From Escherichia phage AV101, in sequence record OQ973471.1: 64,000 nucleotides of DNA; one strand, given 5' to 3'. Positions 29,130 to 39,195 of this stretch are shown piece by piece. Within the stretch, counting starts at the first letter, position 1; the number at the start of each line of letters is the position of its first letter. The position numbers and the translations under genes were made by a program. Below the pieces are notes generated by a model that was not told the DNA's origin, did no database searches, and saw only the letters and a list, made by a program, of their open reading frames with translations.

Positions 29130-29621
29130 TTAACGGGTGATGATTTTGCTGTCAGGCAGGATCAGACCAGGGTGGTCCAGGTTCTTCTGCATCTGTTGGA
29201 TACTCTGCAGGATCACGGTAGTGTCGATGTGGCGTTTCACTTTGCGCGCTTCATCACCGTAGGAGATCTGCCCCTGAGGATCGATGTAGTGGGCTGTCAC
29301 AACCTGCAGATCATAACCACACTTGATCAGGTACTTAGCAATGTTGCTAACTTCGAGAGACAGGGACTCACCGTCCACACCGATGTTGGCTGAGTAGACG
29401 ATTACGCCATTTTCTACTGCTTTTGGTTCAAACAAAACCATACCAGCGATCGTCTGGATCAAAGGAACTCCCTCGGTATCGAAAGCCACCTGATCGAACG
29501 CACCGATGAACTCATCCGGCACTTTACCTTCGGCATCAGAAACTGTGTGTTTCATAAGGTCCAGGACGTGTTGTTGTACTTCCTCAATCGGAGCACGTTC
29601 AACGGGTTTTTCGTTTTGCAT
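29130..29621 (-). CDS. hypothetical protein
   Basis: Start refined to ATG 29621 with GGAG RBS. Confidence 0.4.
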   Translation of the reverse strand: MQNEKPVERAPIEEVQQHVLDLMKHTVSDAEGKVPDEFIGAFDQVAFDTEGVPLIQTIAGMVLFEPKAVENGVIVYSANIGVDGESLSLEVSNIAKYLIKCGYDLQVVTAHYIDPQGQISYGDEARKVKRHIDTTVILQSIQQMQKNLDHPGLILPDSKIITR

Positions 29622-30123
29622 TACTTTTCTCCAGTTCATAATCGCGCTCCACAACGTATTGGTAGACACGCATCTTAATATAGTCAGCACTGCCTGATGA
29701 AGACAGCACCATCCATCCACTACTAAGGGCATTCATCTTATATTGACCAACACCCTCTTGAAAATAACTTTTAATCTGTTCCAGCTTTCGCACACGATGA
29801 TAATACGAAATGAGTTCGCCGATGACAATACAATCTGGATAATGCTTTTCCAATGTATTGATGTTGCGGTGAACATATACGGGTAGAACTTCTTCATCGT
29901 CGATAGGGCTGTAGTATGGGTCTACGATGACCACTTGTAGACCATAACGCAGCAGGTCTTTGACACCCAGCCGACAGAACTTATAATCTTCGTGTTTCAT
30001 TGCCACATGGAGGATATTCTCTTTCTTGGCATAATCGGTCAGGAAGATAAAGAAGTCTGTGTTGGGATCGGGATATTGTATAGACAGTTCTTTGCCTATT
30101 TCACTAAAACAAAATCCGCGCAT
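29599..30123 (-). CDS. hypothetical protein
   Basis: 174 aa; GAGGA RBS. Confidence 0.4.
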   Translation of the reverse strand: MRGFCFSEIGKELSIQYPDPNTDFFIFLTDYAKKENILHVAMKHEDYKFCRLGVKDLLRYGLQVVIVDPYYSPIDDEEVLPVYVHRNINTLEKHYPDCIVIGELISYYHRVRKLEQIKSYFQEGVGQYKMNALSSGWMVLSSSGSADYIKMRVYQYVVERDYELEKSNAKRKTR

Positions 30124-30172
30124 TTTCATTCCTCGTTATAATTACTCTTACAATATACCGTGGAGATACATT

Positions 30173-30979
30173 ATGAATTTACCATCATTGCCCAGAACAG
30201 AAAAGACATATAAAAGCGACTTTTGGCCTACTGTGATCAAATATCGCGCCTTTACTGCGGGGCAACAAACTTTATTACTTCAGGTGTCAGATCCGCAAAC
30301 GCCGATTGAAGAACGCGCAGCCATGATGGAGAGTCTCTTTAGCGAATGTGTAAATGCAGGCGCACCTTTCAGCAAACTGCCAATCGGCGTTGTTGAAGAA
30401 GTGTTCATCCGCATGCGCATGATATCCATCGGTGAATTGATGAAGATTCGTTATAAGTGCAATAATCAGATTGAAGAAACGATCGATCTGGGAGATGGTC
30501 AAGAAAAGCGTCAGATGGTTCCCTGTGAGCAGGAACTGACTCTACCTATCCCGTTGAACAATGTCAAATGCATTGCTCAGGACGGCTTCCGGGAAACGTT
30601 TGACCTGCCAGGTGGATATCACCTCAAGATGCGCCAACCTTCCTTCTCGGACGCTACGGCACTGTCTGATGCTGCAAGCGTTGAGATGATGCTGGCCACC
30701 TTTATCGACTGTCTGTACGATGATGACGGTCAGGTGTGGAAGGTTGAGAATCCTGAAGAAATCGGAATCACTCCGGAAGAGGCTACTGAGCGCCGCCGTG
30801 TGAAAGAAGCGTTTGGTGGGTGGGTGAAGGATAACATCGAATCAGATGTTATTGACAGCATTACGAAGAACTTCTTCCACAAAATACCGCGCATCCACTA
30901 CAAGAGTTCGATCAAGTGTCCGAAATGTGGTAAGGAGCACAAAATCGAATTCAATAGTATTAATGAAATTTTCATTTAA
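30173..30979 (+). CDS. hypothetical protein with C-terminal CxxC zinc ribbon, upstream of gp5
   Basis: ATG 30173 after GTGGAG RBS; C-terminal CPKCGKEH; followed by intrinsic terminator. Confidence 0.45.
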   Translation: MNLPSLPRTEKTYKSDFWPTVIKYRAFTAGQQTLLLQVSDPQTPIEERAAMMESLFSECVNAGAPFSKLPIGVVEEVFIRMRMISIGELMKIRYKCNNQIEETIDLGDGQEKRQMVPCEQELTLPIPLNNVKCIAQDGFRETFDLPGGYHLKMRQPSFSDATALSDAASVEMMLATFIDCLYDDDGQVWKVENPEEIGITPEEATERRRVKEAFGGWVKDNIESDVIDSITKNFFHKIPRIHYKSSIKCPKCGKEHKIEFNSINEIFI

Positions 30980-31127
30980 TGTTTGAAACTGATTTATTAT
31001 CCTACTTCGTGATGTGTGATGAATTGAAGTTACACGGCTATAGCATATTTGAAATCAACGAGTCGATGCCATGGCATCTTGACTTGTTAACCGAAGCCCT
31101 CAAGGTCAGGTTGTCTAAGAAACAGTA

Positions 31128-31149
31128 ATCCCGCTTCGGCGGGATTTTT
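31128..31149 (+). terminator. intrinsic terminator
   Basis: ATCCCGC-TTCG-GCGGGAT followed by TTTTTA. Confidence 0.65.
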
Positions 31150-31169
31150 ATTGGCTTAACTGTAAAATC

Positions 31170-31207
31170 GGTTAACACGTACTCTCTTTACCTGAAATTG
31201 CTATAAT
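31170..31207 (+). promoter_or_regulatory. putative sigma70-type early promoter with extended -10 (TGcTATAAT)
   Basis: TTGCTATAAT at 31198-31207 in the long intergenic region. Confidence 0.4.
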
Positions 31208-31449
31208 GGGCTTGTTCCCGAGTCATTTGTTGGTGTTTGTCTGTTTTGAATCAGATTGCCAGTAAAATACCATTTTTCAAGGAGTGTTCTGGGGTGTACA
31301 GTTATTGCCTCGCCCTTATGCCTCCATGGCATTGGAATGGTGCTGCCCGCATAGGGCGGTTTGATGAGCGAAGCGAATAGGATCGAATAAAACAAATAAA
31401 ATGAACGGAAGCAGAGCTTCCTATAGTATATAAGGCAAAATCAGCTGCG

Positions 31450-31457
31450 CATAAATA
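31450..31457 (+). promoter_or_regulatory. putative late promoter (CATAAATA) upstream of gp5
   Basis: Near-consensus late motif about 35 nt before ATG 31492. Confidence 0.35.
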
Positions 31458-31491
31458 CCTTCAAATCCTTGTTTGACAACCGGAACTCAAT

Positions 31492-33102
31492 ATGTTAGAC
31501 AATATGAGATGGTTTTACGGCACCGTTGAAGATGTCAACGATCCAGACCAAAACGGGCGCGTCGCCGTCCGCATCTATGGCGTACACACCGACGATCCCG
31601 TCCTCCTGCCTACGGACAAACTCCCATGGGCGAAGGTACTGATGCCTGCTTCAAACGCCTCCTCTGCTGGTTTAGGTTGGTCTCCAACGGGTATCATTCC
31701 TGGCACTGAGGTTATGGGGTTCGCCCTTGACGAAGCATACCAGAATTTACGCATCACCTGGACTTGGACTGGTTCAAGTCCTACTGATGGTGCCGACACA
31801 AACCCACTGGCCCTCGGGCAGGTCGTTCAATCTGTGGAACGTCAGGCGTACAACGCCGTCACTGACGTTCCTGTGAAACAAGAAGACGAACCACAACCAG
31901 ATCCACAACCACCTGTTGGCGGGTATGATCCAGAGAAGTGGATGACAATCGCTCGTGGTGAATTGGGTATCAAGGAGTACGCCGGAAAGTTCAACAACAA
32001 CCCGCGCATTATAGAATATCACAAGACAACCTCCCTTGGTGCTTCTGAAGATGAAGTGTCGTGGTGTGCGGCGTTCGTGGGTTGGGTTATGATACAGGCT
32101 GGATACACGTCTACACGCTCCGCTCTTGCCCGATCTTACCTTACATGGGGCACTCCACTGTCAGCACCACAATATGGCGCTATCGTAGTCTTCCGGCGTG
32201 GTAACAACCCCACATTTGGACACGTAGCGTTTGTGCAGAAGTTCGATGCAAACTATGTCTGGTGTATTGGTGGCAACCAATCCGATTCAGTGAAGGTTAG
32301 TCGTTTCAGACGTTCTTCGGTCTTGGGATATCGTTGGCCTGGTCCTGCTAACACAGCCACAGCCGCGCCTGCGCAGCAGAATGGTAAATGGTCAGAACCT
32401 ATCCCAGATCGTACTCCAAAGGAACAACCGACTCCGGCTCCTACTGGGCGAGTACAGGATATTGACAACACTGGAGAAACCATGGTTCCGGCTGCGGGTG
32501 GATCTAAATACCCGTACAATAACGTCATGGTGTCCCGAGCTGGGCATATTATGGAAGTGGATGACACCCCTGGCGGTGAACGTCTTCACTGGATGCATAA
32601 GTCTGGGTCTTACAAGCAAATGTTGCCGGATGGTGATGTGGTCAACAAGTCCGTCAAAGACCACTATGACCTGACGATGTTCAACAAGCGTTATTATGTC
32701 GGCGGGGACCACAACCTGACGGTCAAAGGAACTGAAGTTCAGCGCAAGACAGGTGAGGTCTATCATTTGCATTCCAACAATTACTCCAACGTGGTTGCGG
32801 GCACAGCGCTGATGAAATTCAGTGACCTAGCGGAAATGCAAGCGCAGAATATTCTGCGCATTATCTGCGAGACTCTGGAGGTCGGTGGGACATTGAAGGT
32901 TCCTAAGATTCTAACGACTGAGATCATCGCTGACAAACTGACGGTTGCTCAGACGATCAATGGTAACATTATATATGCCGAAGGTGCTGGTCGTGCTTCT
33001 TCTCTGTCAGGTGCAACCCCTGCATCCCCTACGGGTCCGGGTGAGATTGACATCAAGGCAGAATTAAAAGACAATGGTGGTAATTTCGGCACCAAAGAGT
33101 AA
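31492..33102 (+). CDS. baseplate hub / tail-spike protein gp5 with NlpC/P60-type peptidase domain
   Basis: N-terminal OB-fold RWFYGTVEDVNDPDQNGRVAVRIYGVH as in T4 gp5; central Cys/His domain (WCAAFVGW...GHVAFV); C-terminal beta-helix-like region. Confidence 0.75.
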   Translation: MLDNMRWFYGTVEDVNDPDQNGRVAVRIYGVHTDDPVLLPTDKLPWAKVLMPASNASSAGLGWSPTGIIPGTEVMGFALDEAYQNLRITWTWTGSSPTDGADTNPLALGQVVQSVERQAYNAVTDVPVKQEDEPQPDPQPPVGGYDPEKWMTIARGELGIKEYAGKFNNNPRIIEYHKTTSLGASEDEVSWCAAFVGWVMIQAGYTSTRSALARSYLTWGTPLSAPQYGAIVVFRRGNNPTFGHVAFVQKFDANYVWCIGGNQSDSVKVSRFRRSSVLGYRWPGPANTATAAPAQQNGKWSEPIPDRTPKEQPTPAPTGRVQDIDNTGETMVPAAGGSKYPYNNVMVSRAGHIMEVDDTPGGERLHWMHKSGSYKQMLPDGDVVNKSVKDHYDLTMFNKRYYVGGDHNLTVKGTEVQRKTGEVYHLHSNNYSNVVAGTALMKFSDLAEMQAQNILRIICETLEVGGTLKVPKILTTEIIADKLTVAQTINGNIIYAEGAGRASSLSGATPASPTGPGEIDIKAELKDNGGNFGTKE

Positions 33103-33174
33103 GTTGGTATAAGTTTAGTGGCAGAGGGCAGCACGTCTCTCTGCTCCTTATAGGCATCCTGAGAGGATCGCGAA

Positions 33175-33555
33175 ATGAAAGAGTACAAAGATGTCGATCT
33201 GAAGTTCGGCATGCATCCGGTGACCAAAGATGTCACCATGAAATCAGGTGTATATGCTGTCTTACAATCCGTGCGGAATATCGTCATGTCTTCAGTCGGG
33301 GACTGGCCCACTTATCCTGGGATCGGCGCAGGGTTGTATAATCTCCTCGGAGAGAACACCACCCCAACGATTCAGGTAGATGTGAAGAACAAAGTAGAGG
33401 ACGCTATCGCCCTGTATGAACCCAGAGCAGAGGTAGAAGAAGTCACGGTGAGTCTGTCAGAGGATTACCATTCTCTGGGTGTGACCATCACATTCTATGT
33501 GGTCAACAATCCAGATCCAATAACAGACACCGTGTGGTTGAAAAGGACGAATTAG
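33175..33555 (+). CDS. baseplate wedge protein gp25-like
   Basis: YEPR motif and overall match to the T4 gp25 pattern as recalled; 126 aa. Confidence 0.65.
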   Translation: MKEYKDVDLKFGMHPVTKDVTMKSGVYAVLQSVRNIVMSSVGDWPTYPGIGAGLYNLLGENTTPTIQVDVKNKVEDAIALYEPRAEVEEVTVSLSEDYHSLGVTITFYVVNNPDPITDTVWLKRTN

Positions 33556-33902
33556 AGTTTCGTCCTGAATGCCGGAGCCACGACTAACATGAAGTGGCTC
33601 AATAACCTGAACATTTCTTTGCCGTTGAAGTAGTAGAGGATAATCATCGGCCTGACGTCAACCACTGATCCCTCCAGCTTCTTGTTCAACATAAATCTGG
33701 AACCGACACTGACCTTCCCGCGCTCTTCGTCTCCTGGTTTGTCGTAGACCACGCAACTGGTGGCATAACCGATCTGAGATCCATCCTCAGACCGCAAGGG
33801 CAGCATATGCCCTTCAGACATCAGATGATGCAGGTTTTGGTATAAACCTTTGTCTGGTATGGGGACTGCCAGCTGCATTCTCAACTCTTTGTAATCTTGC
33901 AT
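33552..33902 (-). CDS. hypothetical protein
   Basis: 116 aa. Confidence 0.4.
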   Translation of the reverse strand: MQDYKELRMQLAVPIPDKGLYQNLHHLMSEGHMLPLRSEDGSQIGYATSCVVYDKPGDEERGKVSVGSRFMLNKKLEGSVVDVRPMIILYYFNGKEMFRLLSHFMLVVAPAFRTKL

Positions 33903-33907
33903 GAGGA

Positions 33908-34368
33908 CTACTCCGCCAGGGTGATCACAACCATATTTAAGACTGTGTCGATAGCTCGGCCTGTTTCCTCTTCATGGAGGGTTTCGGCGCGGAGGTGCAC
34001 GTCGGTGATGAAATTGTCGATGTGCATTGAAGTCAGATACGGGCGGTGTTGACTGACCGGGCGGTTGACCAGAACATAATTGCGCAATGTGTTGAAGTCC
34101 TGATGAGAGCACCCCGTTGTATCGATACGAAGGAAGCGTTCGTTGTGGCTTGTCTTCAACTCAGTCACCTTGCCGAGGTAGGCCAGAGGTCCATTGCGAC
34201 CGATACGGAACATGACATCAACAACAGACTTGAAGATTTCGCGTTCAATCAGTGCGGTGGGTGACCAGCAGATCTCTTCTTTGTCGTCGGCGTACAGGGT
34301 GTCGATCACCAGAGGAAGTTGAATGTAACCGAAGTTGTGCAGTGGGTTGGTGAGTACTTTGTTTGTCA
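33908..34368 (-). CDS. hypothetical protein
   Basis: Start refined to ATG 34368 preceded by conserved AGGAACTATATC cassette. Confidence 0.4.
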
Positions 34369-34467
34369 TGATATAGTTCCTGCTTTCAATTTGTGGCGAA
34401 TGCCAATGAATTACTGGGAAGTATAGGGGAGGGCGTTTCAAAAGTAAAGCCCCTCATTGAGGGGCTT
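34369..34467 (-). repeat. conserved intergenic cassette copy: GC hairpin + CCCTATACTTC + TTGAAAGCAGGAACTATATC-ATG
   Basis: Near-identical in 3' part to copy at 47284-47378. Confidence 0.6.
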
Positions 34468-34474
34468 TGACAGA

Positions 34475-34699
34475 TCAGCGTTTGAGGCTGGCGGCGAGTC
34501 CATTAACGTCGGTCACGGTCTGGTCAGCGAGGACGATTACAGGCATCGACACGCGCGGCTTACCCGTCAACTGCTGAAGTTCTTCCAGCCGGTAATCTTT
34601 GTCCAGCTTGAGGATCTTGTGCTCCAGCCCTTTCATTTTGCACAGATTTTCGGCTGTTACACACTGAGCGCAACCTTGTTTGGAATAGATCGTAATCAT
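34475..34699 (-). CDS. glutaredoxin/NrdH-like redoxin
   Basis: 74 aa with CAQC active-site motif, immediately downstream of nrdB. Confidence 0.6.
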   Translation of the reverse strand: MITIYSKQGCAQCVTAENLCKMKGLEHKILKLDKDYRLEELQQLTGKPRVSMPVIVLADQTVTDVNGLAASLKR

Positions 34700-34708
34700 T
34701 TCTCACCT

Positions 34709-35812
34709 TTAAGCGAATTTGAGGCCATCGGATACCGAACCAGTCAGTACACCCATTAGATAATCAGGAGCTTCCGCTTCCTGCAACGCGTACTGCATTG
34801 CCTTATTATCTAGCCAGTCATTAATCCATGGGACTGGGTTCTCCTTGCGAGGTTCACCGGGATATGGGTGCCCGATAGCGCCCATCCGGTGGGTTGCCAG
34901 CCAGTCTACCATCTGATGAAGGATCTTGGCGTTCAGCCCCAGGATGGAACCGTCTTTGAATAGGTAGTTCGCCCACTCCTTCTCTTGATGAACCACGTCC
35001 AGGAACATCTGGGTCATCTCACCACGCAGTTCCTCACGGATGATTGCAAAGTCGGGGTCCATACCAGGCAGGCGGTTTAGCAGCGTCTGGGTCAGGATCA
35101 GGTGATCCTGCTCATCACGGGCGATCTGTCGAATGATTTTGGCATTGCCTTCCATTTTCTTCTGGAACTGTGTGAATGCCCAAGAGCATGCAAAGGACAC
35201 GTAGAAGCGGATGCCTTCCAGTGTGTTGGCAGCAAACAGAGCACGCCAGAATGCGCGTTTGGCATTCATCAGATCTTCTCGGGTGAAGATGCGTCCGGCC
35301 ATACGCATGCCACTGTACTGTACCATGTCATCGTAGTACACACTGATCTGGTGAGCGCAGTCCACGATCTCTGCAACATCCAGTACGTGGTCAAACACGA
35401 TACCTGGATCGTTCACAGTGTTGCGCAAAATGTGGGTGTACGATAAAGAGTGAATGGCTTCTTGGCGCGTCCATTCAAGGACAGCAAACTGCATTTCAGG
35501 GGTAGACGCCCATGGACCAAACGCCTCGAACGGAGCCGCACCCTGGATAGAGTCCAGCATGGTCTGGCGCTTCAGGTTGCTGAAGTAGACATGTTTCTCT
35601 GCTTCGTTCAGAGTAGCGAAGTCTGCCTTGTCCTTGGTGATGTCCACCTCTTCAGGACGCCAGAACTGGCTGAGACCTTTCTCATACCACTTCTGTACGA
35701 ATGGCCAGGCCACGACATCGTAACGCTGGATGCTCACTGGGTCACCGAAGAACGGTAGACCAGTGTTGTCCGAGCTTGGGTCGAATACGGAGAATTGTTT
35801 CTGTTCGCTCAT
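34709..35812 (-). CDS. nrdB: ribonucleotide reductase class Ia beta subunit
   Basis: Ferritin-like di-iron fold pattern, 367 aa, adjacent to nrdA. Confidence 0.85.
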   Translation of the reverse strand: MSEQKQFSVFDPSSDNTGLPFFGDPVSIQRYDVVAWPFVQKWYEKGLSQFWRPEEVDITKDKADFATLNEAEKHVYFSNLKRQTMLDSIQGAAPFEAFGPWASTPEMQFAVLEWTRQEAIHSLSYTHILRNTVNDPGIVFDHVLDVAEIVDCAHQISVYYDDMVQYSGMRMAGRIFTREDLMNAKRAFWRALFAANTLEGIRFYVSFACSWAFTQFQKKMEGNAKIIRQIARDEQDHLILTQTLLNRLPGMDPDFAIIREELRGEMTQMFLDVVHQEKEWANYLFKDGSILGLNAKILHQMVDWLATHRMGAIGHPYPGEPRKENPVPWINDWLDNKAMQYALQEAEAPDYLMGVLTGSVSDGLKFA

Positions 35813-35882
35813 GTTTCTTTCCTGATTAATAAGGGGTGATCTCTCACCCCTGATGATATAACGGTAGTAGGTTTAGACCAAT

Positions 35883-38165
35883 TTATACAACACAGCTGTC
35901 GCACTGAGTTTCCTCAGCCTGCTTCAGCTCTTCGTCTTCCTTGGCGTCCTTGTTTGTGTTGTAATATAGAGTCTTGCCACCCCACATATAGAACGACAGG
36001 ATATCCTGCATCATCTTGGCGCGAGGGATCTTGCTGTCAGGGTACTTCTCTGGGTCATACCACGTGTTGGTACTAATGGACTGGTCAACCCAGCGCTGGA
36101 TGACAGCAGCGGTCTTCAGGTACTCAATACAGTCCAGATCCCACTTGAGGTCATACATCGGTCCAAGGGTCTCAACGTCCGGGACGACCTGCTTATAAGT
36201 GCCGTCCTTGCTACCCTTGATGCTCACCAAGCCCTTCGGTGGCTCAATGCCGTTCGTTGCGTTGAGGACCTGTGAGGAGCTTTCGGTAGGGGCTACTGCC
36301 AGCAGGGTGGCGTTGCGGATACCATAGGTCTTCAGATTATCCTTCAACTCATCCCAATCCAGCCCATATGCCATCCCTTCCGGCTTCTTGCCATTTGGTA
36401 GGATATCAAGTGGAAGCGGCTGAAGGTCGGCGGTGACCTGCCCATTATTGTGGATGGTTCCGCGTTTACACGCCCCGAACTTCATAGCCAGACGGTTGGA
36501 TGCCTTGACCAGATAGAAGTGCAGGTGTGCCATCCACGCATCCAACATTTCAAGACCAGCTGGTGAGCCATAGCCCGTGAAGTTCTTGGCCAAGAAGTGA
36601 GCCACGTTCACGATACCAACACCCAGAGGACGATAGTCTTCAACAGCTTTACGAGCCTGAATCGCTGGATAGTCCTGATATTCCAACAGCATGTCCAGCG
36701 CAGACACCAACACGAACGCCACGTCTTCCATTTCGGTCGGGTCTTCGAATGCTGTCAGGTTGAAGGAAGCCAGGGTGCACAGAGCCACGCGCCCGTTTTC
36801 ATCGTTGTACTGCTCAAACTCACGGGTCGGCAGGGCGATTTCTAAACAAAGATTTGAAGAATAAATCGTGTCTAGGTTGAACGGGCTGTATTCATTCATG
36901 TGATCGACAAATGCGATGTAGATGCGGCCTGTGTCTGAACGCTGGTCTAACAGCATCTGGAACACCTCTTCTGCCTGCAACTTTTTAGCACGAACCAAAC
37001 CAGCATCAGCGGCCTTGATCATGTTCTCATACAGAGTACGGAACTTGTCAACGTCAGCGAAGTATGCTTCATACATTTCGCGGTTGTCTTTCGGGTCGAA
37101 CAGATACAGAGGCTGCTTGGCAACAAGGCGCTCAAACATCACGCGGTTGATCTGAATGCCATAGTCGATACGGCGTTCGCGGTTTTCTTCAGTACCACGG
37201 TTGTTCTTCAGAACAACGACGTCATCGAACTGGTAATGCCACAGAGGGATGTACGCTGTTGCTGCACCACCACGAATGCCGCCCTGAGAGCACGATTTGA
37301 GTGCCCCAGTGAGATACTTGATGAACGGGATCAGGCCTGTGTGAACCATCTCTCCGCCGCGAATAGGACTACCAATCCCACGGATTGCCCCGACGTCGAA
37401 GCCGATACCCGCACGTTTGGACACATAGTCAACGATGGTCTTGGCTGTTGCGTTGATAGAGTTCAGGGTGTCACCAGTTTTGATCAGAACACAAGAGCTG
37501 AACTGGCGGGTTGGTGTACGAACACCAGCCATGATAGGCGTTGGAAGACTGAACTTGCCTGTGCTGGCGTATTCATAGAACTTCTTGACCATATCCAGGC
37601 GGCTTTCTTTGTCCCAGTTGGAGAACAACGCCATGGCGATTGCCATGTACATGACCTGAGGAGTTTCGTAGAAGATCTTGCTATCCTTCTTGGAACGGTC
37701 ACGCAGCAGATACTTCTCTGTCAACTGGCCCATGGCCGCCCAGGTGAAGTTCTTGTCACGTTTGTGGTTGATGACATCGTTCAGCTCGTTGAACTCTTCA
37801 GTCGTGTAAAGGTCGAGGAACTCACGATCATACACGCGTTGCTTGATGTTCTTGACGAAGATATCCAGCAGGTGAGGTGGCTTGTACTGGCCATAGACAG
37901 CCTTGCGCAGATCATATGACTTCAGGCGAGCAGCCACATACTGGTAATTGGGTTTCTCTACGGAGATCAGTGAAGCCGCAGCCTGGATGAGGATATCCTG
38001 AATGCGATCTGTTCTCATGTTGTCGGTGAACTGAATCTTCGATGCAGCGATCACCTCTGACATTGATACGCCAACCAGTCCGTCACATGCGCGGTCTACG
38101 ACTTCGTGTGGTTTCTCAATATCAAAGGGGACAGAAGATCCGTCCCGCTTAATGACGTTAATCAT
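35883..38165 (-). CDS. nrdA: ribonucleotide reductase class Ia alpha subunit
   Basis: N-terminal ATP-cone (VIKRDGSSVPFD), 760 aa, C-terminal CxxC tail. Confidence 0.9.
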   Translation of the reverse strand: MINVIKRDGSSVPFDIEKPHEVVDRACDGLVGVSMSEVIAASKIQFTDNMRTDRIQDILIQAAASLISVEKPNYQYVAARLKSYDLRKAVYGQYKPPHLLDIFVKNIKQRVYDREFLDLYTTEEFNELNDVINHKRDKNFTWAAMGQLTEKYLLRDRSKKDSKIFYETPQVMYMAIAMALFSNWDKESRLDMVKKFYEYASTGKFSLPTPIMAGVRTPTRQFSSCVLIKTGDTLNSINATAKTIVDYVSKRAGIGFDVGAIRGIGSPIRGGEMVHTGLIPFIKYLTGALKSCSQGGIRGGAATAYIPLWHYQFDDVVVLKNNRGTEENRERRIDYGIQINRVMFERLVAKQPLYLFDPKDNREMYEAYFADVDKFRTLYENMIKAADAGLVRAKKLQAEEVFQMLLDQRSDTGRIYIAFVDHMNEYSPFNLDTIYSSNLCLEIALPTREFEQYNDENGRVALCTLASFNLTAFEDPTEMEDVAFVLVSALDMLLEYQDYPAIQARKAVEDYRPLGVGIVNVAHFLAKNFTGYGSPAGLEMLDAWMAHLHFYLVKASNRLAMKFGACKRGTIHNNGQVTADLQPLPLDILPNGKKPEGMAYGLDWDELKDNLKTYGIRNATLLAVAPTESSSQVLNATNGIEPPKGLVSIKGSKDGTYKQVVPDVETLGPMYDLKWDLDCIEYLKTAAVIQRWVDQSISTNTWYDPEKYPDSKIPRAKMMQDILSFYMWGGKTLYYNTNKDAKEDEELKQAEETQCDSCVV

Positions 38166-38250
38166 AGCGATCCTCGGTTTGTGTTATAAGCAGGTTTTAT
38201 TATACGCCGCCCTCGTAGATTGAAGGCGGCGGGGAGTGTTGGTGAGTTAC

Positions 38251-39093
38251 TTAAATGTCGTACAGATCGTTGACTTCCAGCATCAGGCGGGTGAAGTCGC
38301 CGCGCCCGTTGCGGTCAGACTTGTCGAACTCGATGACACTGAACGGCTGAACCCATTCAGGGTACTCATCACCGACGCCAACACCATCGATCTTCAGGGT
38401 TCCGGCCTCCAGCTTGGCGTTGAAGTCGCGGAAGGAACTGACGTACTTTTCAAGGGCGCTGTCGCGCAGGCGCTTGTTGGACTGTTTGATGTCACCGTTG
38501 ACAAAGATGTAAGTCGAGTCGGATGCGCGGGTCAGTAGGTTCTTCAGCTGCTCCATATCACATTCCTGCGCTTCTTCAATGATCAGGAAGGTGTCGTCGA
38601 AGGTCATCCCCTTGATGGTCTCCAGATCCTGGATCTCAATGATCCGCTTCTCCCACAGATAGTTGAAGAAACCGTCGCTACCTGTGTCAGTCTTCAGCAC
38701 CTTCTTCAGCGTCTGAATCAGGGGCATCAGATATGGCATCAGCTTTTCGTATGTGTCGCCAGGGCGGAAGCCTGCAGTCTGGCCTGTTGGCAGCGGAGAG
38801 CGCGTGATGACGATCTTGCTGACCACTTTATCGATCAGGAGCTTGGCGGCGGCTGAGGCACCACAGTACGATTTACCTGTGCCTGCCGGACCGATTGCGA
38901 TGGTGAGGTTTTCTTCAAGAGCAGATTGATACGCGAGGTTCTGATTTTCTGAGAGGCCATTGAACGGAGCGATTCTGAAGTCACCTTTAGAGAACTTCAT
39001 CCAGTCATCTTCTTTCTGGATTGTCTCTTTCTTACGTGCTGACTTGGTCTTGCCCGCTGGCTTCTTACTTACAACTTTGGTGGCAGATTGCAT
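38251..39093 (-). CDS. phoH: PhoH-like ATPase
   Basis: Walker A GPAGTGKS and PhoH-like architecture. Confidence 0.75.
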   Translation of the reverse strand: MQSATKVVSKKPAGKTKSARKKETIQKEDDWMKFSKGDFRIAPFNGLSENQNLAYQSALEENLTIAIGPAGTGKSYCGASAAAKLLIDKVVSKIVITRSPLPTGQTAGFRPGDTYEKLMPYLMPLIQTLKKVLKTDTGSDGFFNYLWEKRIIEIQDLETIKGMTFDDTFLIIEEAQECDMEQLKNLLTRASDSTYIFVNGDIKQSNKRLRDSALEKYVSSFRDFNAKLEAGTLKIDGVGVGDEYPEWVQPFSVIEFDKSDRNGRGDFTRLMLEVNDLYDI

Positions 39094-39195
39094 GGGAACC
39101 TTCCTATATCTCAGGGTGTCATCACCTCTAATTAAGGTGACAACCCCAGCATACCTGGGGATTGGATAAAGAAAAGGCCGTTTCCGGCCTTTGAG

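Noticed and set aside
30980-31491. 512-bp intergenic region examined for tRNA or small RNA genes
   Set aside because: No cloverleaf-compatible segment or T-loop GTTCGA-type motif seen by eye; contents are explained by a terminator (31128-31149), promoter-like elements and a doubtful 38-codon frame at 31012-31128 with no RBS.
37236-37919. 227-aa plus-strand ORF
   Set aside because: Inside nrdA on the opposite strand.
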